Source of the DNA: a virus
Lineage: Duplodnaviria > Heunggongvirae > Uroviricota > Caudoviricetes
Reading direction: 5' to 3' (one strand)
DNA length: 39,906 bases
IMG/VR virus record: IMGVR_UViG_2737471844_000008
Coordinates: 1 to 39,906 of that record
Positions 21,566 to 31,477 of the stretch are shown here, one piece after another; position 1 is the first letter of the stretch, and each line of letters begins with the position of its first letter. The translations under genes were made by a program, and so were the position numbers. A model generated the notes under the pieces. It was not told the DNA's origin, ran no database searches, and saw nothing but the letters and a program-made list of their open reading frames with translations.

Positions 21566-22084
21566 TCACTTTGGCAGTCCGGGGATCGATATTTGCTCCT
21601 GCTGCTCAAGCCTTTCGATTCTTGCTATGAGTTGCGGTTTTTTGATCCTGCCCCAGCGGTTCAGCAAGCGTCCTGACATACTGGCAACATCCTTTTCCTT
21701 CATGAACTCCAGCATTAACTCGTTGTGCTCTCTTTGGTATGAGTGAGCCATCTCCATCAGCCTGTCACGCATCCAATTAAATGCTTTGATAAACGCCTCT
21801 TTGATGGCGGCAGCTTTTTTGCCGGTAAACGACATGATGATGTACATCGCGCCGTCTTTGGAAATTTCATATTCAACATACTGATTACCCTTGTGTTCAT
21901 AGGTAACCCGCGAAAAGTTGCTGGTTAGAAATTCATCCGAACAGTCTAGCTTTTCGATTTTCTGAATGATGTGGTGATACTGCTTGTCGAAGTAAGCTGC
22001 TACCTTGCGGGAGGTTGTGATCACGCGATCACCAGAAACAACCACCATGTCCCGGAAATCGAGATTAGCCAATTGATGATTCAT
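21566..22084 (-). CDS. rha: Rha-family phage regulatory protein
   Basis: N-terminal domain (VVVSGDRVITTSRKVAAYFDKQYHHIIQKIEKL...VEYEISKDGAMYIIMSFTGKKA) is Rha-like. Start set at the internal ATG; the ORF-track start at 22120 is a GTG and possible but less likely. Confidence 0.75.
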   Translation of the reverse strand: MNHQLANLDFRDMVVVSGDRVITTSRKVAAYFDKQYHHIIQKIEKLDCSDEFLTSNFSRVTYEHKGNQYVEYEISKDGAMYIIMSFTGKKAAAIKEAFIKAFNWMRDRLMEMAHSYQREHNELMLEFMKEKDVASMSGRLLNRWGRIKKPQLIARIERLEQQEQISIPGLPK

Positions 22085-22233
22085 AGCGTCTTTACCTTTT
22101 AGAAAGTGAGCCTGTCTCACAGAAAAGCCGCCCCGAGATGGTCGCCACCATATACGGCAGTTCTCAGGCTCAACTTTCTGAAAGGCTCGGGTGATGTAAT
22201 ATGCGCGTGAGATGCGCTGTGAAATTCAGATGT

Positions 22234-22257
22234 AAAAAAGCCCCGCATCGCGAGGCT
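22234..22257 (-). terminator. Intrinsic-terminator-like hairpin downstream of the lysis cassette
   Basis: Minus-strand RNA GCCUCGC-GAU-GCGGGGC (7-bp stem with one G-U pair) followed by UUUUUU, about 30 nt after the Rz stop. Confidence 0.5.
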
Positions 22258-22288
22258 CATTAAATGGACTTTGTGATTTGCAAAAAAA

Positions 22289-22726
22289 TTATTTCAGGCA
22301 CTGAGTCCTGATGTATTCCTGCAGGTAGTTAACCTGCGCGGTTATCCTATCGATTCCACTTCTGAGACGGTAATAATTGAGTTCAGCATCTGCTGTAAGT
22401 CTTGGGCTTTCTCCATCGCCCATGCTGCTGGCTCCGGTCGTTGGCTTTGCACAGGTGGCGGCGACTTGCAGGCGCTTACGACCAGCAGAAACATCAGCAC
22501 GGAGGCTTTCGATAGTCGCGTTAGCATCAGCAAGCTCCTTTGTGTATCTGGCGTCGAGTTCTGCTACATCATGTTGCCGCTTCTGCATATCAGCGATGAT
22601 GGATGTGGCTTTATCGCGCTGCTCTTTGTAGGCGATTGCATTATCACGGTAATGATTAACAGCCCATGACAGGCAGACGACGATGCAGATAACCAGAGCG
22701 GAAATAATCGCGGTGACTCTGCTCAT
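22289..22726 (-). CDS. Rz: Rz i-spanin
   Basis: 145-aa ORF with an N-terminal transmembrane helix and coiled-coil periplasmic domain; overlaps the endolysin stop. Confidence 0.85.
   Translation of the reverse strand: MSRVTAIISALVICIVVCLSWAVNHYRDNAIAYKEQRDKATSIIADMQKRQHDVAELDARYTKELADANATIESLRADVSAGRKRLQVAATCAKPTTGASSMGDGESPRLTADAELNYYRLRSGIDRITAQVNYLQEYIRTQCLK
22342..22533 (-). CDS. Rz1: Rz1 o-spanin lipoprotein, embedded in Rz in the +1 frame
   Basis: ORF entirely inside Rz; signal peptide with lipobox VSAC followed by a Pro-rich mature segment. Confidence 0.75.
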   Translation of the reverse strand: MLMLTRLSKASVLMFLLVVSACKSPPPVQSQRPEPAAWAMEKAQDLQQMLNSIITVSEVESIG

Positions 22727-23199
22727 ACCTCAATCTCTCTGACCGTTCCGCCAGCTTCTTTGAATTTTGCAATCAGGTTGTCAGCCTTATGCTCGAACTG
22801 ACCATAACCAGCGCCCGGCAGTGAAGCCCAGATATTGCTGCAACGGTCGATTGCCTGACGGATATCACCGCGATCAATCATCGGTAAAGCGCCACGCTCT
22901 TTAATCTGCTGCAATGCCACAGCGTCCTGACTTTTGGGAGAGAAGTCTTTCAGGCCAAGCTGCTTACGATAGGCATCCCACCAACGGGAAAGAAGCTGGT
23001 AGCGTCCGGCGGCTGTTGATTTGAGTTTGGGGTTTAGCGTGACAAGTTTGCGAGGGTGATCTGAGTAATCAGTGAATAGCTCTCCGCCTACAATGACGTC
23101 ATAACCATGATTTCTGGTTTTCTGACGTCCGTTATCAGTTCCCTCTGACCACGCCAGCATATCGAGGAACGCCTTACGTTGATTATTGATTTCCACCAT
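22723..23199 (-). CDS. R: Endolysin, lambda R-type lytic transglycosylase
   Basis: 158-aa ORF essentially identical, from memory, to lambda R ([45 protein letters not shown]...). Confidence 0.95.
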   Translation of the reverse strand: MVEINNQRKAFLDMLAWSEGTDNGRQKTRNHGYDVIVGGELFTDYSDHPRKLVTLNPKLKSTAAGRYQLLSRWWDAYRKQLGLKDFSPKSQDAVALQQIKERGALPMIDRGDIRQAIDRCSNIWASLPGAGYGQFEHKADNLIAKFKEAGGTVREIEV

Positions 23200-23506
23200 C
23201 TTCTACTCCGGCTTTTTTAGCAGCGAAGCGTTTGATAAGCGAACCAATCGAGTCAGTACCAATGTAGCCGATGAACACGCTCGTTATATAAGCGAGATTG
23301 CTACTTAGTCCTGCGAAGTCGAGAAGGTCACGAATGAACCAGGCGATAATGGCGCACATCGTTGCGTCGATTACTGTTTTTGTAAACGCACCGCCATTAT
23401 ATCTGCCGCGAAGGTACGCCATTGCAAACGCAAGGATTGCCCCGATGCCTTGTTCCTTTGCCGCGAGAATGGCGGCTAACAGGTCATGTTTTTCTGGCAT
23501 CTTCAT
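23183..23506 (-). CDS. S: Holin, lambda S-type (S107/S105 dual start)
   Basis: 107-aa ORF essentially identical to lambda S; MKMPEK dual-start motif (Met1 and Met3); three transmembrane segments. Confidence 0.95.
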   Translation of the reverse strand: MKMPEKHDLLAAILAAKEQGIGAILAFAMAYLRGRYNGGAFTKTVIDATMCAIIAWFIRDLLDFAGLSSNLAYITSVFIGYIGTDSIGSLIKRFAAKKAGVEDGGNQ

Positions 23507-24296
23507 GTCTTACCCCCAATAAGGGGATTTGCTCTATTTAATTAGGAATAAGGTCGATTTCTGATAGAACAAATCCAGGCTACTGTGTTTAGTAATCAGA
23601 TTTGTTCGTGACCGATATGCACGGGCAAAACGGCAGGAGGTTGTTAGCGCGACCTCCTGCCACCCGCTTTCACGAAGATCATGTGTAGAAGGCCGCAGCG
23701 TAACTATCACTGATGAATTCAGGATAGTCAGTGGCTACGGCTCAGTTTGGGTTGCGGTGGTTGGTGCTGAACTCCAACTTGAGGCTACCCATCCTAGCCC
23801 GAAGCTAGGTGCTCACCTCTGAGCGTTAGCGCATCAGCCTGCGCATTCACCACACCGGAAAGAGCACTCAGTTGTACCGGCCAGTTGTGCCACTAAGAAA
23901 TGCTTTCGCAGACCGTTAAGCTCTTTGCCAGTTCTTTAATGCTCTTACCTGTTGTGTGCCCATTATTAATCACACCGGGCCAGTGCGCCAGATTCGTTGA
24001 TGAGGAACTGGAATACCTCACTGGTGTTTAGCGGTTAAGCTACGGCCAGATACATTTCTTCGTTTGCATTTATCTTTGTGATCAGTTTCTAAAAAACCGC
24101 AAAGTCGCTTACGAAAACCATCGGAAAGAACACATCTGTCTGCCGGGTCTCTGAATGATCTTCCAATCCAGCCCTATCAGTGCGTCGATATGCTCTTACC
24201 TGATAGCCTTCAATCTGGCTCAGGACTCTCGCGTATGAGTGTCAACGTGTCGTGCAGCACGCATTAACTCGAAATTCCTGACCGGATTGCAGAAAT

Positions 24297-24330
24297 GAAA
24301 AAGCCCCGAGCTATTAACTCAGGGCTTTAT
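24297..24330 (-). terminator. Intrinsic terminator about 25-60 nt downstream of the pR' start (tR'-like)
   Basis: Minus-strand RNA AGCCCUGAG-UUAAUAG-CUCGGGGCU (9-bp stem with one G-U pair) followed by UUUUUCAUUUCU. Confidence 0.6.
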
Positions 24331-24349
24331 TTAACGAGTGCATTTATCC

Positions 24350-24395
24350 ATCGTTGGGTCAAATTTACCCAACTTTATTCAAAAAGTCAATATCA
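24350..24395 (-). promoter_or_regulatory. Late promoter pR' with Q-utilisation (qut) region
   Basis: Minus strand has -35 TTGACT (plus 24385..24390) and -10 TAAATT (plus 24362..24367) with a 17-nt spacer, about 80 nt downstream of the Q stop; matches the remembered lambda pR' sequence. Confidence 0.65.
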
Positions 24396-24432
24396 TGCCG
24401 TTAATATGTTGCCATCCGTGGCAATCATGCTG

Positions 24433-25056
24433 CTAACGTGTGACCGCATTCAAAATGTTGTCTGCGATTGACTCTTCCTTGTGGCATTGCACCACCAGAG
24501 CGTCATACAGCGGCTTAACAGTGCGTGACCAGGTGGGTTGAGTAAGGTTGGGGATTAGCATCGTTACAGCGCGATATGCGGCGCTTGCAGGCATTCTTGA
24601 ATAGCCGACGCCTTTGCATCTTCCGCACTCTTTCTCAACAACTCTCCCCCACTGCTCCGTTTTGGCTATATCAGCCGCACGGCCTGTACCGTGGCAATCT
24701 CTGCATCTTGCACCCGGCGTCGCGGCACTACGGCAATAATCCGCATAAGCGAATGTTGCGAGCACTTGCAGTACCTTTGCCTTAGTATTTCCTTCAAGCT
24801 TTGCCACACCACGGTATTTCCCCGATACCTTGTGTGCAAATTGCATAAGATAGTTGATAGCCTTTTGTTTGTCGTTCTGGCTGAGTTCGTGCTTACCGCA
24901 GAATGCAGCCATACCGAATCCGGCTTGTGATTGCGCCATCCCCATAGCAGCCATCACATCAGTACCGGAAAGAGAGTCAGAAGCCGTGGCCCGTGGTGAG
25001 TCGCTCATCATCGGGCTTTTTGGCGAATGAAATTTAGCTACGCTTTCGAGTCTCAT
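24433..25056 (-). CDS. Q: Late antiterminator Q (lambda-type)
   Basis: 207-aa ORF near-identical, from memory, to lambda Q, including the zinc-binding CRDCHGTGR...CGRCKGVGY motifs. Confidence 0.95.
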   Translation of the reverse strand: MRLESVAKFHSPKSPMMSDSPRATASDSLSGTDVMAAMGMAQSQAGFGMAAFCGKHELSQNDKQKAINYLMQFAHKVSGKYRGVAKLEGNTKAKVLQVLATFAYADYCRSAATPGARCRDCHGTGRAADIAKTEQWGRVVEKECGRCKGVGYSRMPASAAYRAVTMLIPNLTQPTWSRTVKPLYDALVVQCHKEESIADNILNAVTR

Positions 25057-25718
25057 GCGCCTTCTCCCTGTACCTGAATCAATGTGAGGTTTCCGCAGAA
25101 CACTGCGCCGGTATCGATATACATCTGGTTGGCAAACTTGAGTGGTTTCACTGTTGGCGTATGACCAAAGATGAACATGTCCGCGCCTTTGATTTCTTTC
25201 ACGATCCCGTCTTGTGAGTTGCTGATTCGTTCGCGGTTCCAGATTACCTGCTGATGATCAACTGGCTTTCCAAACTCGTATTCGTCACAAGGATAATCGG
25301 CGTGGCAGATGACATATTTTTTATCTTTGCTCACCAGTTCGATGATTAACGGAAGTTCATCTGCTTTATGGGCAAGAGCTTTAGCCAGAATTTCTTTGTC
25401 GTAATCGAGATTAAAGAACCATCCACCGCCATTAAGCAGCCAGTGATTAACGTTTCCACGCCCTGATAAGCCATCAATCATCATTTGCTCATGGTTTCCA
25501 CGTACAGCTCTGAACCAGGGGAATGTGATTAATTCCAGGCATTCGACGTTCTCTGTACCGCGATCAACCAAATCGCCAACCGAGATAAGCAGGTCTTTTT
25601 TGGTGTCGAATCCAATCGTATCCAGTTTGTTCATCAGGTTCGTGTAGCATCCGTGCAGGTCGCCAACTACCCAAATATTTCGGTATTTGCTGCCATCAAT
25701 TCTTTCGTAATAGCGCAT
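25053..25718 (-). CDS. ninI: Ser/Thr protein phosphatase (lambda PPase, NinI / ORF221)
   Basis: From [25 protein letters not shown] the ORF matches lambda phosphatase (GDLHG, GDLVDRG, GNHE metallophosphatase motifs). The ORF-track start is an upstream extension. Confidence 0.93.
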   Translation of the reverse strand: MRYYERIDGSKYRNIWVVGDLHGCYTNLMNKLDTIGFDTKKDLLISVGDLVDRGTENVECLELITFPWFRAVRGNHEQMMIDGLSGRGNVNHWLLNGGGWFFNLDYDKEILAKALAHKADELPLIIELVSKDKKYVICHADYPCDEYEFGKPVDHQQVIWNRERISNSQDGIVKEIKGADMFIFGHTPTVKPLKFANQMYIDTGAVFCGNLTLIQVQGEGA

Positions 25719-25902
25719 CTCTTTCACTCCATCCGCGATGAACCATAAGAACGTCGTTGACGATGGCGTGCATTTTCCCGTCTTTATCATCAACGTATTT
25801 TCTGACCGTACCGCGACTACATTTCAGTCTGCGTGCTACTTCTGTCTGGTTTCCGTATGCTTCAACGAGCATGTCTGGAATGGTTTTTACTGAGAACGTC
25901 AT
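25696..25902 (-). CDS. ninH: NinH
   Basis: 68-aa ORF matching lambda NinH from memory ([37 protein letters not shown]...). Confidence 0.9.
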   Translation of the reverse strand: MTFSVKTIPDMLVEAYGNQTEVARRLKCSRGTVRKYVDDKDGKMHAIVNDVLMVHRGWSERDALLRKN

Positions 25903-26513
25903 GCGGCCTCACTTCTGCTATTTCGCAGGTCTTTGAGTTTCTGTTGGTACTCTGCCTTGATCGCCTTGCACTCTTCGATAGTCCAGCGATGGCGGTTATG
26001 GTTTGATTCGATTTCATCTACTGCTTCCTGCCCGATGCGGCTAATCAGTTCGACGCGATACGGAACGAGATTTCCGCTTTTGTGCTGGTTGCACACCACG
26101 CATTGCTTGTGAATATTGCGTTCATCAAATCGGAGTTGAGGTGCCGCAGCAGTTGTCCGGTAATGCCCGGCATCCCACTGAGCAGACGTGAGCGTTCCGC
26201 ACGAGATACATGGTAAGTCGCGGTCTCTTTCTCTGATGAAGGCGTTTACGGCTTGTTGGGCTTGTTTAATCCAGTAACTGCGGTGCTTTAAGGCGAGTTT
26301 TCGAATCTTAAGTTTATCTTTCTGTTTCTGCTCCTCTCGTCGTCGTTTCTTCTCTGCTGCTTTTTCCGCTTTTTCGCGTTCTTTGCTTCGTCGTTCGAGT
26401 GCTATCTTGGTTCCACACTCTGGAGAGCACCACCACTGATTAGCGAATGCAGGGTGAAACCATTCCCGGCATTCATCGTTTTTACATCGTCTTCGCGCTG
26501 GTTTAGCCATCAT
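25899..26513 (-). CDS. ninG: NinG (Rap) recombination-promoting structure-specific endonuclease
   Basis: 204-aa ORF matching lambda NinG; Cys-rich N-terminus and HNH-like region ([11 protein letters not shown]). Confidence 0.9.
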   Translation of the reverse strand: MMAKPARRRCKNDECREWFHPAFANQWWCSPECGTKIALERRSKEREKAEKAAEKKRRREEQKQKDKLKIRKLALKHRSYWIKQAQQAVNAFIRERDRDLPCISCGTLTSAQWDAGHYRTTAAAPQLRFDERNIHKQCVVCNQHKSGNLVPYRVELISRIGQEAVDEIESNHNRHRWTIEECKAIKAEYQQKLKDLRNSRSEAA

Positions 26514-26679
26514 CTTCTTCCTCGTACATTGAGCTATTCGGATCGCTCATCAGTTCTGTGCAGCAGTGCTCACACACGTGAACTTCCAGCACATGCAGCT
26601 TCTGACCGCAGTTAGCGCACGTTAAAGCCCGCTCGACGCTTTCTTTCTGGTATTGAATGGATTGGGATGGGCTAAGCAT
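26503..26679 (-). CDS. ninF: NinF (58 aa; below the ORF-track cutoff)
   Basis: Manual translation gives [58 protein letters not shown], matching lambda NinF from memory; overlaps the ninG start. Confidence 0.7.
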   Translation of the reverse strand: MLSPSQSIQYQKESVERALTCANCGQKLHVLEVHVCEHCCTELMSDPNSSMYEEEDDG

Positions 26680-27043
26680 TATTGGCGTCCTGCATCATGA
26701 GAAATACAATCATGGCGGCGCGGAGTGGAGATTCACCGCAGAAGCAGTAGCCAGGAATATTTTCCCATTCCCAACAACCTTCCTCTAAATCACCTCCTGA
26801 CCATGCGCACCATTCTTTTTCCGCTGTCATCCACATAGTGCTGATTTTGCTTTCAGTGATAATTGGCCATGCGTCTTCAGGATTATTGCAGTAGTCGTAC
26901 CATCGATAATTACCATTTGATTCATTGCCGACAGACCGTCCATCTGCGTTGTGCGGATAACCTAATGGTATTGCCCCCACTATCGCTTTAAATACTCGCT
27001 TGTTAATTTCAAAATCACTTAACTGTGAATAATCCATTATCAT
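26672..27043 (-). CDS. NinX-like protein (nin-region protein of unknown function)
   Basis: 123-aa ORF starting [23 protein letters not shown]; its ATG overlaps the NinE stop (ATGA). Family assignment is from memory only. Confidence 0.55.
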
Positions 27044-27216
27044 TTCCTCGCACGATGTCTTAGCCACCGGATATCCCACAGGTGAGCCGTGTAGTTGAAG
27101 GTTTTTACGTCAGATTCTTTTGGGATTGGCTTGCGTTTGTTTCTGGAGCGTTTCGTTGGAAGGTATTTGCAGTTTTCGCAGATTATGTCGGTGATACTTC
27201 GTCGCTGTCTCGCCAC
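27040..27216 (-). CDS. ninE: NinE (58 aa; GTG start)
   Basis: Manual translation gives (M)[57 protein letters not shown], matching lambda NinE from memory. No in-frame ATG; GTG at 27214..27216 is preceded by AAAGGAGGA. Confidence 0.65.
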
Positions 27217-27352
27217 ACGTCCTCCTTTTCCTGCGGTAGTGGTAACACCCCTGTTGGTGTTCTTTCACACCGGAGACACCATCGATTCCAGTAAGGCTGT
27301 CCTGGTCGAAAGCGATCGTCTTCCTTTCGCTCTCCACATCGATAACAGTGCT

Positions 27353-27943
27353 TCATGCGATCACCATTTTGCATGGTTTAATCGCCATGCCGGGAGCCAG
27401 TTCAAAATCGGAGTCGCACTGATTTCCCCACATATCCCACCCGGTCACTTTGTCGCGGCTAAATAACTCACAGCGCGGCACGTCGCCAAGCAACTTAGCT
27501 AACATGTCTCTTACGATCGGTGGTTTTGCACTGTGCTCCATTCTCGGTGCGGTAAAGTGCTGGCATATTGAAGCGTCCATTCTCTCAGGCAACCGCCCTC
27601 GAACGGCAAACAAGCAATCCTCGCTATTTGCCCGGGTCATATGCCCCATTCCGATCGCACTGTTGCCTTTGTGCTTATTGGTTTTGTGCCAAGTAAAGCC
27701 TTTCATAGTCATCAACCTGAATCCCCACGCCTCAATTACCTTTAGCGCTTCGGCTGGCTGTGTCGGCACCCACCACATCGCTAACAAGCAAGATTCTGGA
27801 TCCGCTAAATCCCATACTGGCAGTCGGCAAATGTCCTGAACATTCATAACATCGTATTTATGTCCAGCACCGCGATTGCCATCGTTGGCTTTGTCGCGAT
27901 ATTGCCAAGGTGGATCTGCGTAAATAAGTCGGTATTTGTTCAT
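27353..27943 (-). CDS. DNA N6-adenine methyltransferase, MT-A70 family (orphan, no adjacent nuclease)
   Basis: 196-aa ORF with the catalytic DPPW motif ([10 protein letters not shown]) near the N-terminus; sits between ninB and ninE. Confidence 0.85.
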   Translation of the reverse strand: MNKYRLIYADPPWQYRDKANDGNRGAGHKYDVMNVQDICRLPVWDLADPESCLLAMWWVPTQPAEALKVIEAWGFRLMTMKGFTWHKTNKHKGNSAIGMGHMTRANSEDCLFAVRGRLPERMDASICQHFTAPRMEHSAKPPIVRDMLAKLLGDVPRCELFSRDKVTGWDMWGNQCDSDFELAPGMAIKPCKMVIA

Positions 27944-28380
27944 GCAGCTTTATCTCCCCATCTCGCTTTCCACTCCAGAGCCAGTCGCGATTCGTCTGAC
28001 CATTTAACGCCACGTTCTGTACCGAATGCCTGTATAAGCTCTAATAACTCCGCAAATTCGCTTACACGCATCCTGCTGGTTGACTGGCCTATTACCACAA
28101 AGCCATTCCCGGCAAGGTTAGGAACAACGTCCTGCTGCTTTAATGCTGCGGTAAACACACACTTCCAGCTTTCTGCATCCAGCCAGCGACCATGCCATTC
28201 AACCTGACGAGAGACGTCACCAAGGCAAGCCCAAAGCTTTCGGTTTTGGTCTAAGCTGCGGTTGCGTTCCTGAATGGTTACTACGATTGGTTTGGTTGGG
28301 TCTGGAAGGATTTGCTGTACTGCGTGAATAGCGTTTTGCTGATGTGCTGGAGATCGAATTTCAAAGGTTAGTTTTTTCAT
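27940..28380 (-). CDS. ninB: NinB (Orf-family recombination mediator)
   Basis: 146-aa ORF matching lambda NinB from memory. Confidence 0.9.
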   Translation of the reverse strand: MKKLTFEIRSPAHQQNAIHAVQQILPDPTKPIVVTIQERNRSLDQNRKLWACLGDVSRQVEWHGRWLDAESWKCVFTAALKQQDVVPNLAGNGFVVIGQSTSRMRVSEFAELLELIQAFGTERGVKWSDESRLALEWKARWGDKAA

Positions 28381-28390
28381 GACTTCCCTC

Positions 28391-28430
28391 TCCCCAAAAT
28401 AAAAAGGCCTGCGATTACCAGCAGGCCTGT
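28391..28430 (-). terminator. tR2-like intrinsic terminator between the replication and nin modules
   Basis: Minus-strand RNA AGGCCUGC-UGGUAAUC-GCAGGCCU (8-bp perfect stem) followed by UUUUUAUUUUGG; same position as lambda tR2. Confidence 0.65.
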
Positions 28431-28457
28431 TATTAGCTCAGTGATGTAGATGGTCAT

Positions 28458-30338
28458 TTAATACTCCGTCACGTTTTCCTGTCGCCACGCCTCGTCATAT
28501 TCCGATTTCGGCATATTGGCGATGTAGCTATATGGCGATCCTGATTCAAGTTGCAGGAACTGGTGCGATTGCTCGTCAAGGAACAACGGGACACCACCTT
28601 CCCAACCTTCGCCGTTACGTTGTTTTTCAAGCATCAAAACAGATGCCGGAGATGCCAGTAGCTGTTCGTCCTTCTCTGACATCTTTTCACCACTCTGAAC
28701 TCTCTGTAACGCTCTCTCGCGAGCCTTGTTACGCCAGATGATGAAAAGGTTGTCTGTCAGGTCTGTTATCGCTCCAGAGCCTTTTACGTCCATTTTCCCG
28801 GTTGGTTTTTCTTCGCTGTCACCTTTTCGCGAGTGAGTAACGAGAATGACGTGGGAGTTTGTTTTGTTTTTGAAATCGCAAATCGAGTCAACAAACGCCT
28901 TCTGCCCGTTATAGTCATCGTCGCCTATGCCACATTTCATCAGGCTGTCGATGATGAATAACTGGATGCCGTATCGGCGGCGAGCGTAGTCGAATATTTC
29001 GATCAGCCTGTCGGCTTTCGCCGTTCCGGTCAGGCCAAACACCCAAAGTCTTTCGTCATAAAATTTAAATGCAGAGTCAATTTCCAGCACTGGCGGCATC
29101 TTGCAGCACGTCGCCTGACGGGTAAGTCGCTTAAGGAGAATGCCTGGCTTCAGCTCAAGTGACGCGATGCACGTCTTCACACCCTGACGCATTGCCTCAA
29201 GTGCCATATGCCCGACAACCTCCGTTTTCCCGTGACCGTTCACACCATTGACCAGCGTCAACTCGGCCTCACGGAACTGGAATTTATCTGCCAGAGATTC
29301 CCACGGTGGATTAAACAGATACTGCTGCTTGCCGTAGAAAGCGTTGATAGTGTCCTGGTAAAACTCTCGCGCGCTGTAGAGTTCTTCAGGATCGAAGTAA
29401 GATGCCGTGCCGATGTACTGCCAGATTTCATCCTCGGTAACACCGTTCATCAGGCATTCGTTGATGTCTTTGTACGGCAGAGTAACAAGACGGCAACGAT
29501 GTTCACCGAGTCGGCTTGCGATTTCCCTTGCGGCTTCACGACCAACATCATCAACATCCATCGAGATGAATATTTCCTCAAACCTGTCGAGGTTGTGATA
29601 CTCAAACTCAATCCACTGTTGCTTAGCGCCTTTCCCGCCACCAAACGGCACGGATAACGCCGAGATGCCGTATTGCGCATAGCTCATACAATCAATTTCG
29701 CCTTCGCAAAGCACAACCGCCCTCACGCCAGCGTCCAGAGCCTGCCATCCGAACAGACAAGGTTCACAATCACCTTCTGCCATAATGACTTTCTTCCCGT
29801 CCGGGCGCTCAGTGCTGATTCGCTTGACCTGCAACAACTCACCATCGCGTTTGTACGGAAGCACCAGTGCATCAAGTTCTCGTTCTCCATTCCACACCTT
29901 GCCGCTGACAACCTCGTAGCGCTTTACGACTTCTGGCGATATGCCACGCGATTGCAGGTACTCAAGATGGGATTCTGTTCTGGTAACGTAGCGGGCTATT
30001 TTCTTGCGATCAGGTCTGGAGAATTTCTTCTCACGTTTGGCATCGAAATGGTGATCGTCATCCTTGATACCGAGAAATGCTTTCGCTTCCTGCATAGCCT
30101 GATGCAGGTTAATTCCACGACATGCCATCCACAAATCAAGCATGTCACCGCCGTCTCCCTCAGCGAAATCAGCCCATTTTTTCTTGCCGCTAAGATTGAC
30201 CTTAAGGCTGTTTCCCTTGTCACCGTTGACGTTACCGGCAACCCACTCATGCCCCTCTTTCTTGCCGTTTGGCAACAGGTGCGGAGCCACCCTGTCAACC
30301 TGCGCCCAAAGCAGGTCGCTAAGTTCACTTGGCGTCAT
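28458..30338 (-). CDS. Bifunctional replicative primase-helicase (TOPRIM primase plus SF4 DnaB/Twinkle-like RecA-fold ATPase)
   Basis: 626-aa ORF. TOPRIM signature (VLCEGEIDCMS, then DVDDVGREAA) followed by Walker A (NGVNGHGKTE) and Walker B (LFIIDSL). Confidence 0.8.
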   Translation of the reverse strand: MTPSELSDLLWAQVDRVAPHLLPNGKKEGHEWVAGNVNGDKGNSLKVNLSGKKKWADFAEGDGGDMLDLWMACRGINLHQAMQEAKAFLGIKDDDHHFDAKREKKFSRPDRKKIARYVTRTESHLEYLQSRGISPEVVKRYEVVSGKVWNGERELDALVLPYKRDGELLQVKRISTERPDGKKVIMAEGDCEPCLFGWQALDAGVRAVVLCEGEIDCMSYAQYGISALSVPFGGGKGAKQQWIEFEYHNLDRFEEIFISMDVDDVGREAAREIASRLGEHRCRLVTLPYKDINECLMNGVTEDEIWQYIGTASYFDPEELYSAREFYQDTINAFYGKQQYLFNPPWESLADKFQFREAELTLVNGVNGHGKTEVVGHMALEAMRQGVKTCIASLELKPGILLKRLTRQATCCKMPPVLEIDSAFKFYDERLWVFGLTGTAKADRLIEIFDYARRRYGIQLFIIDSLMKCGIGDDDYNGQKAFVDSICDFKNKTNSHVILVTHSRKGDSEEKPTGKMDVKGSGAITDLTDNLFIIWRNKARERALQRVQSGEKMSEKDEQLLASPASVLMLEKQRNGEGWEGGVPLFLDEQSHQFLQLESGSPYSYIANMPKSEYDEAWRQENVTEY

Positions 30339-30442
30339 GATTCCCTCAGATTGAGATTTTTAAACCAGAAATCGACAAACGAAATACTTAACCAGCCGTG
30401 GTTATAACCAGCGACCAGTAGCGATTTGATTTTTGATTTCAT
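30335..30442 (-). CDS. Hypothetical 35-aa ORF coupled between the O-like gene and the primase-helicase
   Basis: ATG 3 nt after the O-like stop; its TGA overlaps the primase-helicase ATG (ATGA); encodes MKSKIKSLLVAGYNHGWLSISFVDFWFKNLNLRES. Confidence 0.3.
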   Translation of the reverse strand: MKSKIKSLLVAGYNHGWLSISFVDFWFKNLNLRES

Positions 30443-30445
30443 GGT

Positions 30446-31306
30446 TCACCTGTCGAAAAACACGTAGCCAGTTTTCGATACGGTGATTGCGGATGATGGT
30501 TTGGATTGTGGTTGAATAGTTTCTGGCTTCTCGTCGTTCCAGCGTTGACCGTTCAGGTAGCTCGATGGTAACAACCTGTCGAATCCGAACTGCTTACCAT
30601 TCCTGCATGCGATGTCTTCTGCCAGCATCGTGGCAAACTCGCTTGCCGTACCCCTGGTAGTTTTACGCCATTCCCTGAACTGTGTTCTGAATGCCGAAGC
30701 TGCGTTTTTCTTCCCGGCTTTCCGCATGCCTGCACACCAGAATATTTCCTCGAATGCCTTGTCGGTTTCTTCGTGACGGTCATGTGATTTTTCACACTCC
30801 GTCCGAACACTTTCGGACATAGTGTTTTTATTATTTCTTTTTTCTTTTGTAATAGTTTCTTTTGTGTGTCCCTGTTTTGGTGACAGCGCTGTCACCGTTT
30901 TGGTGACACTTTTTGTCACCAATGCAGTGACATTATCACCAGAGTAGTGACACCCTTCTATTTGCCATTCCTCGATGTTCTTGTTAGGCCCGATTTGCTG
31001 GCCTTCGCGAAGGATAACCTTCATCGCGATAAGCTCATTCTTGGCCTTGTTTACCTTCTGTCTTGGCAGCCTGGTAATTTGAGCTAACTGACTATCAGAG
31101 ATGCGATCCATCTTTTTACCGTAGCCGTATGTTTTACGGCATATGGCGTGGGCAACCTTGCTCTGATTTTTCGTTAAATCTGCGCCGATAAGCTCTTCAT
31201 ACAGGGCATTTGCAAGACGGGTATAACCATCTTCAACTTCTGACACACGACGCTCCACAGGCCGTTGTGAAGGCCTTAAATGTGTTACGGTTGCAAGATT
31301 ACTCAT
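30446..31306 (-). CDS. Replication initiator (lambda O-like replisome organiser) containing the origin
   Basis: N-terminal phage replication-initiator DNA-binding domain ([51 protein letters not shown]); iterons and AT-rich tract lie mid-gene as in lambda O. Confidence 0.8.
   Translation of the reverse strand: MSNLATVTHLRPSQRPVERRVSEVEDGYTRLANALYEELIGADLTKNQSKVAHAICRKTYGYGKKMDRISDSQLAQITRLPRQKVNKAKNELIAMKVILREGQQIGPNKNIEEWQIEGCHYSGDNVTALVTKSVTKTVTALSPKQGHTKETITKEKRNNKNTMSESVRTECEKSHDRHEETDKAFEEIFWCAGMRKAGKKNAASAFRTQFREWRKTTRGTASEFATMLAEDIACRNGKQFGFDRLLPSSYLNGQRWNDEKPETIQPQSKPSSAITVSKTGYVFFDR
30826..30955 (-). repeat. Origin of replication: four iterons plus adjacent AT-rich tract inside the O-like gene
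   Basis: (G/A)GTGACA...TGTCACC palindromic units at 30879..30896, 30902..30920, 30926..30940 and 30946..30955 (period about 20-24 bp), flanked by a T-rich tract at 30826..30875. Confidence 0.7.
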
Positions 31307-31445
31307 GACCTTTCTCCTTCTGCATCAGCTTCACTTTTTCCAACTCAGCCCGGAATCGACCAGGCTGCTTGAAGCTGGACAGGAAGCGATCACGTAGTAT
31401 GTGTTTGTGAATTTTGTCCTGGTAAGGACTGAGTTGTTTTGTCAT
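31299..31445 (-). CDS. Hypothetical 48-aa ORF between cII and the O-like gene
   Basis: ATG at 31445; its stop overlaps the first codons of the O-like gene; encodes [48 protein letters not shown]. Confidence 0.3.
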   Translation of the reverse strand: MTKQLSPYQDKIHKHILRDRFLSSFKQPGRFRAELEKVKLMQKEKGHE

Positions 31446-31477
31446 AATGACTCCTGTGGATTGATCCAGTAATGACC

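Noticed and set aside
23507-24296. Possible tRNA genes or a small ORF in the long Q-to-S intergenic region, as occur in some lambdoid phages
   Set aside because: No T-loop (GGTTCGAATCC-type) or acceptor-stem pattern found on either strand by eye; the 3' part of the region matches the remembered lambda pR'-to-S leader. A tRNAscan run would be needed to confirm absence.
29673-30407. 244-aa plus-strand ORF inside the primase-helicase gene
   Set aside because: Antisense to a well-supported 626-aa gene with clear TOPRIM and Walker motifs; no start context; typical spurious antisense ORF.
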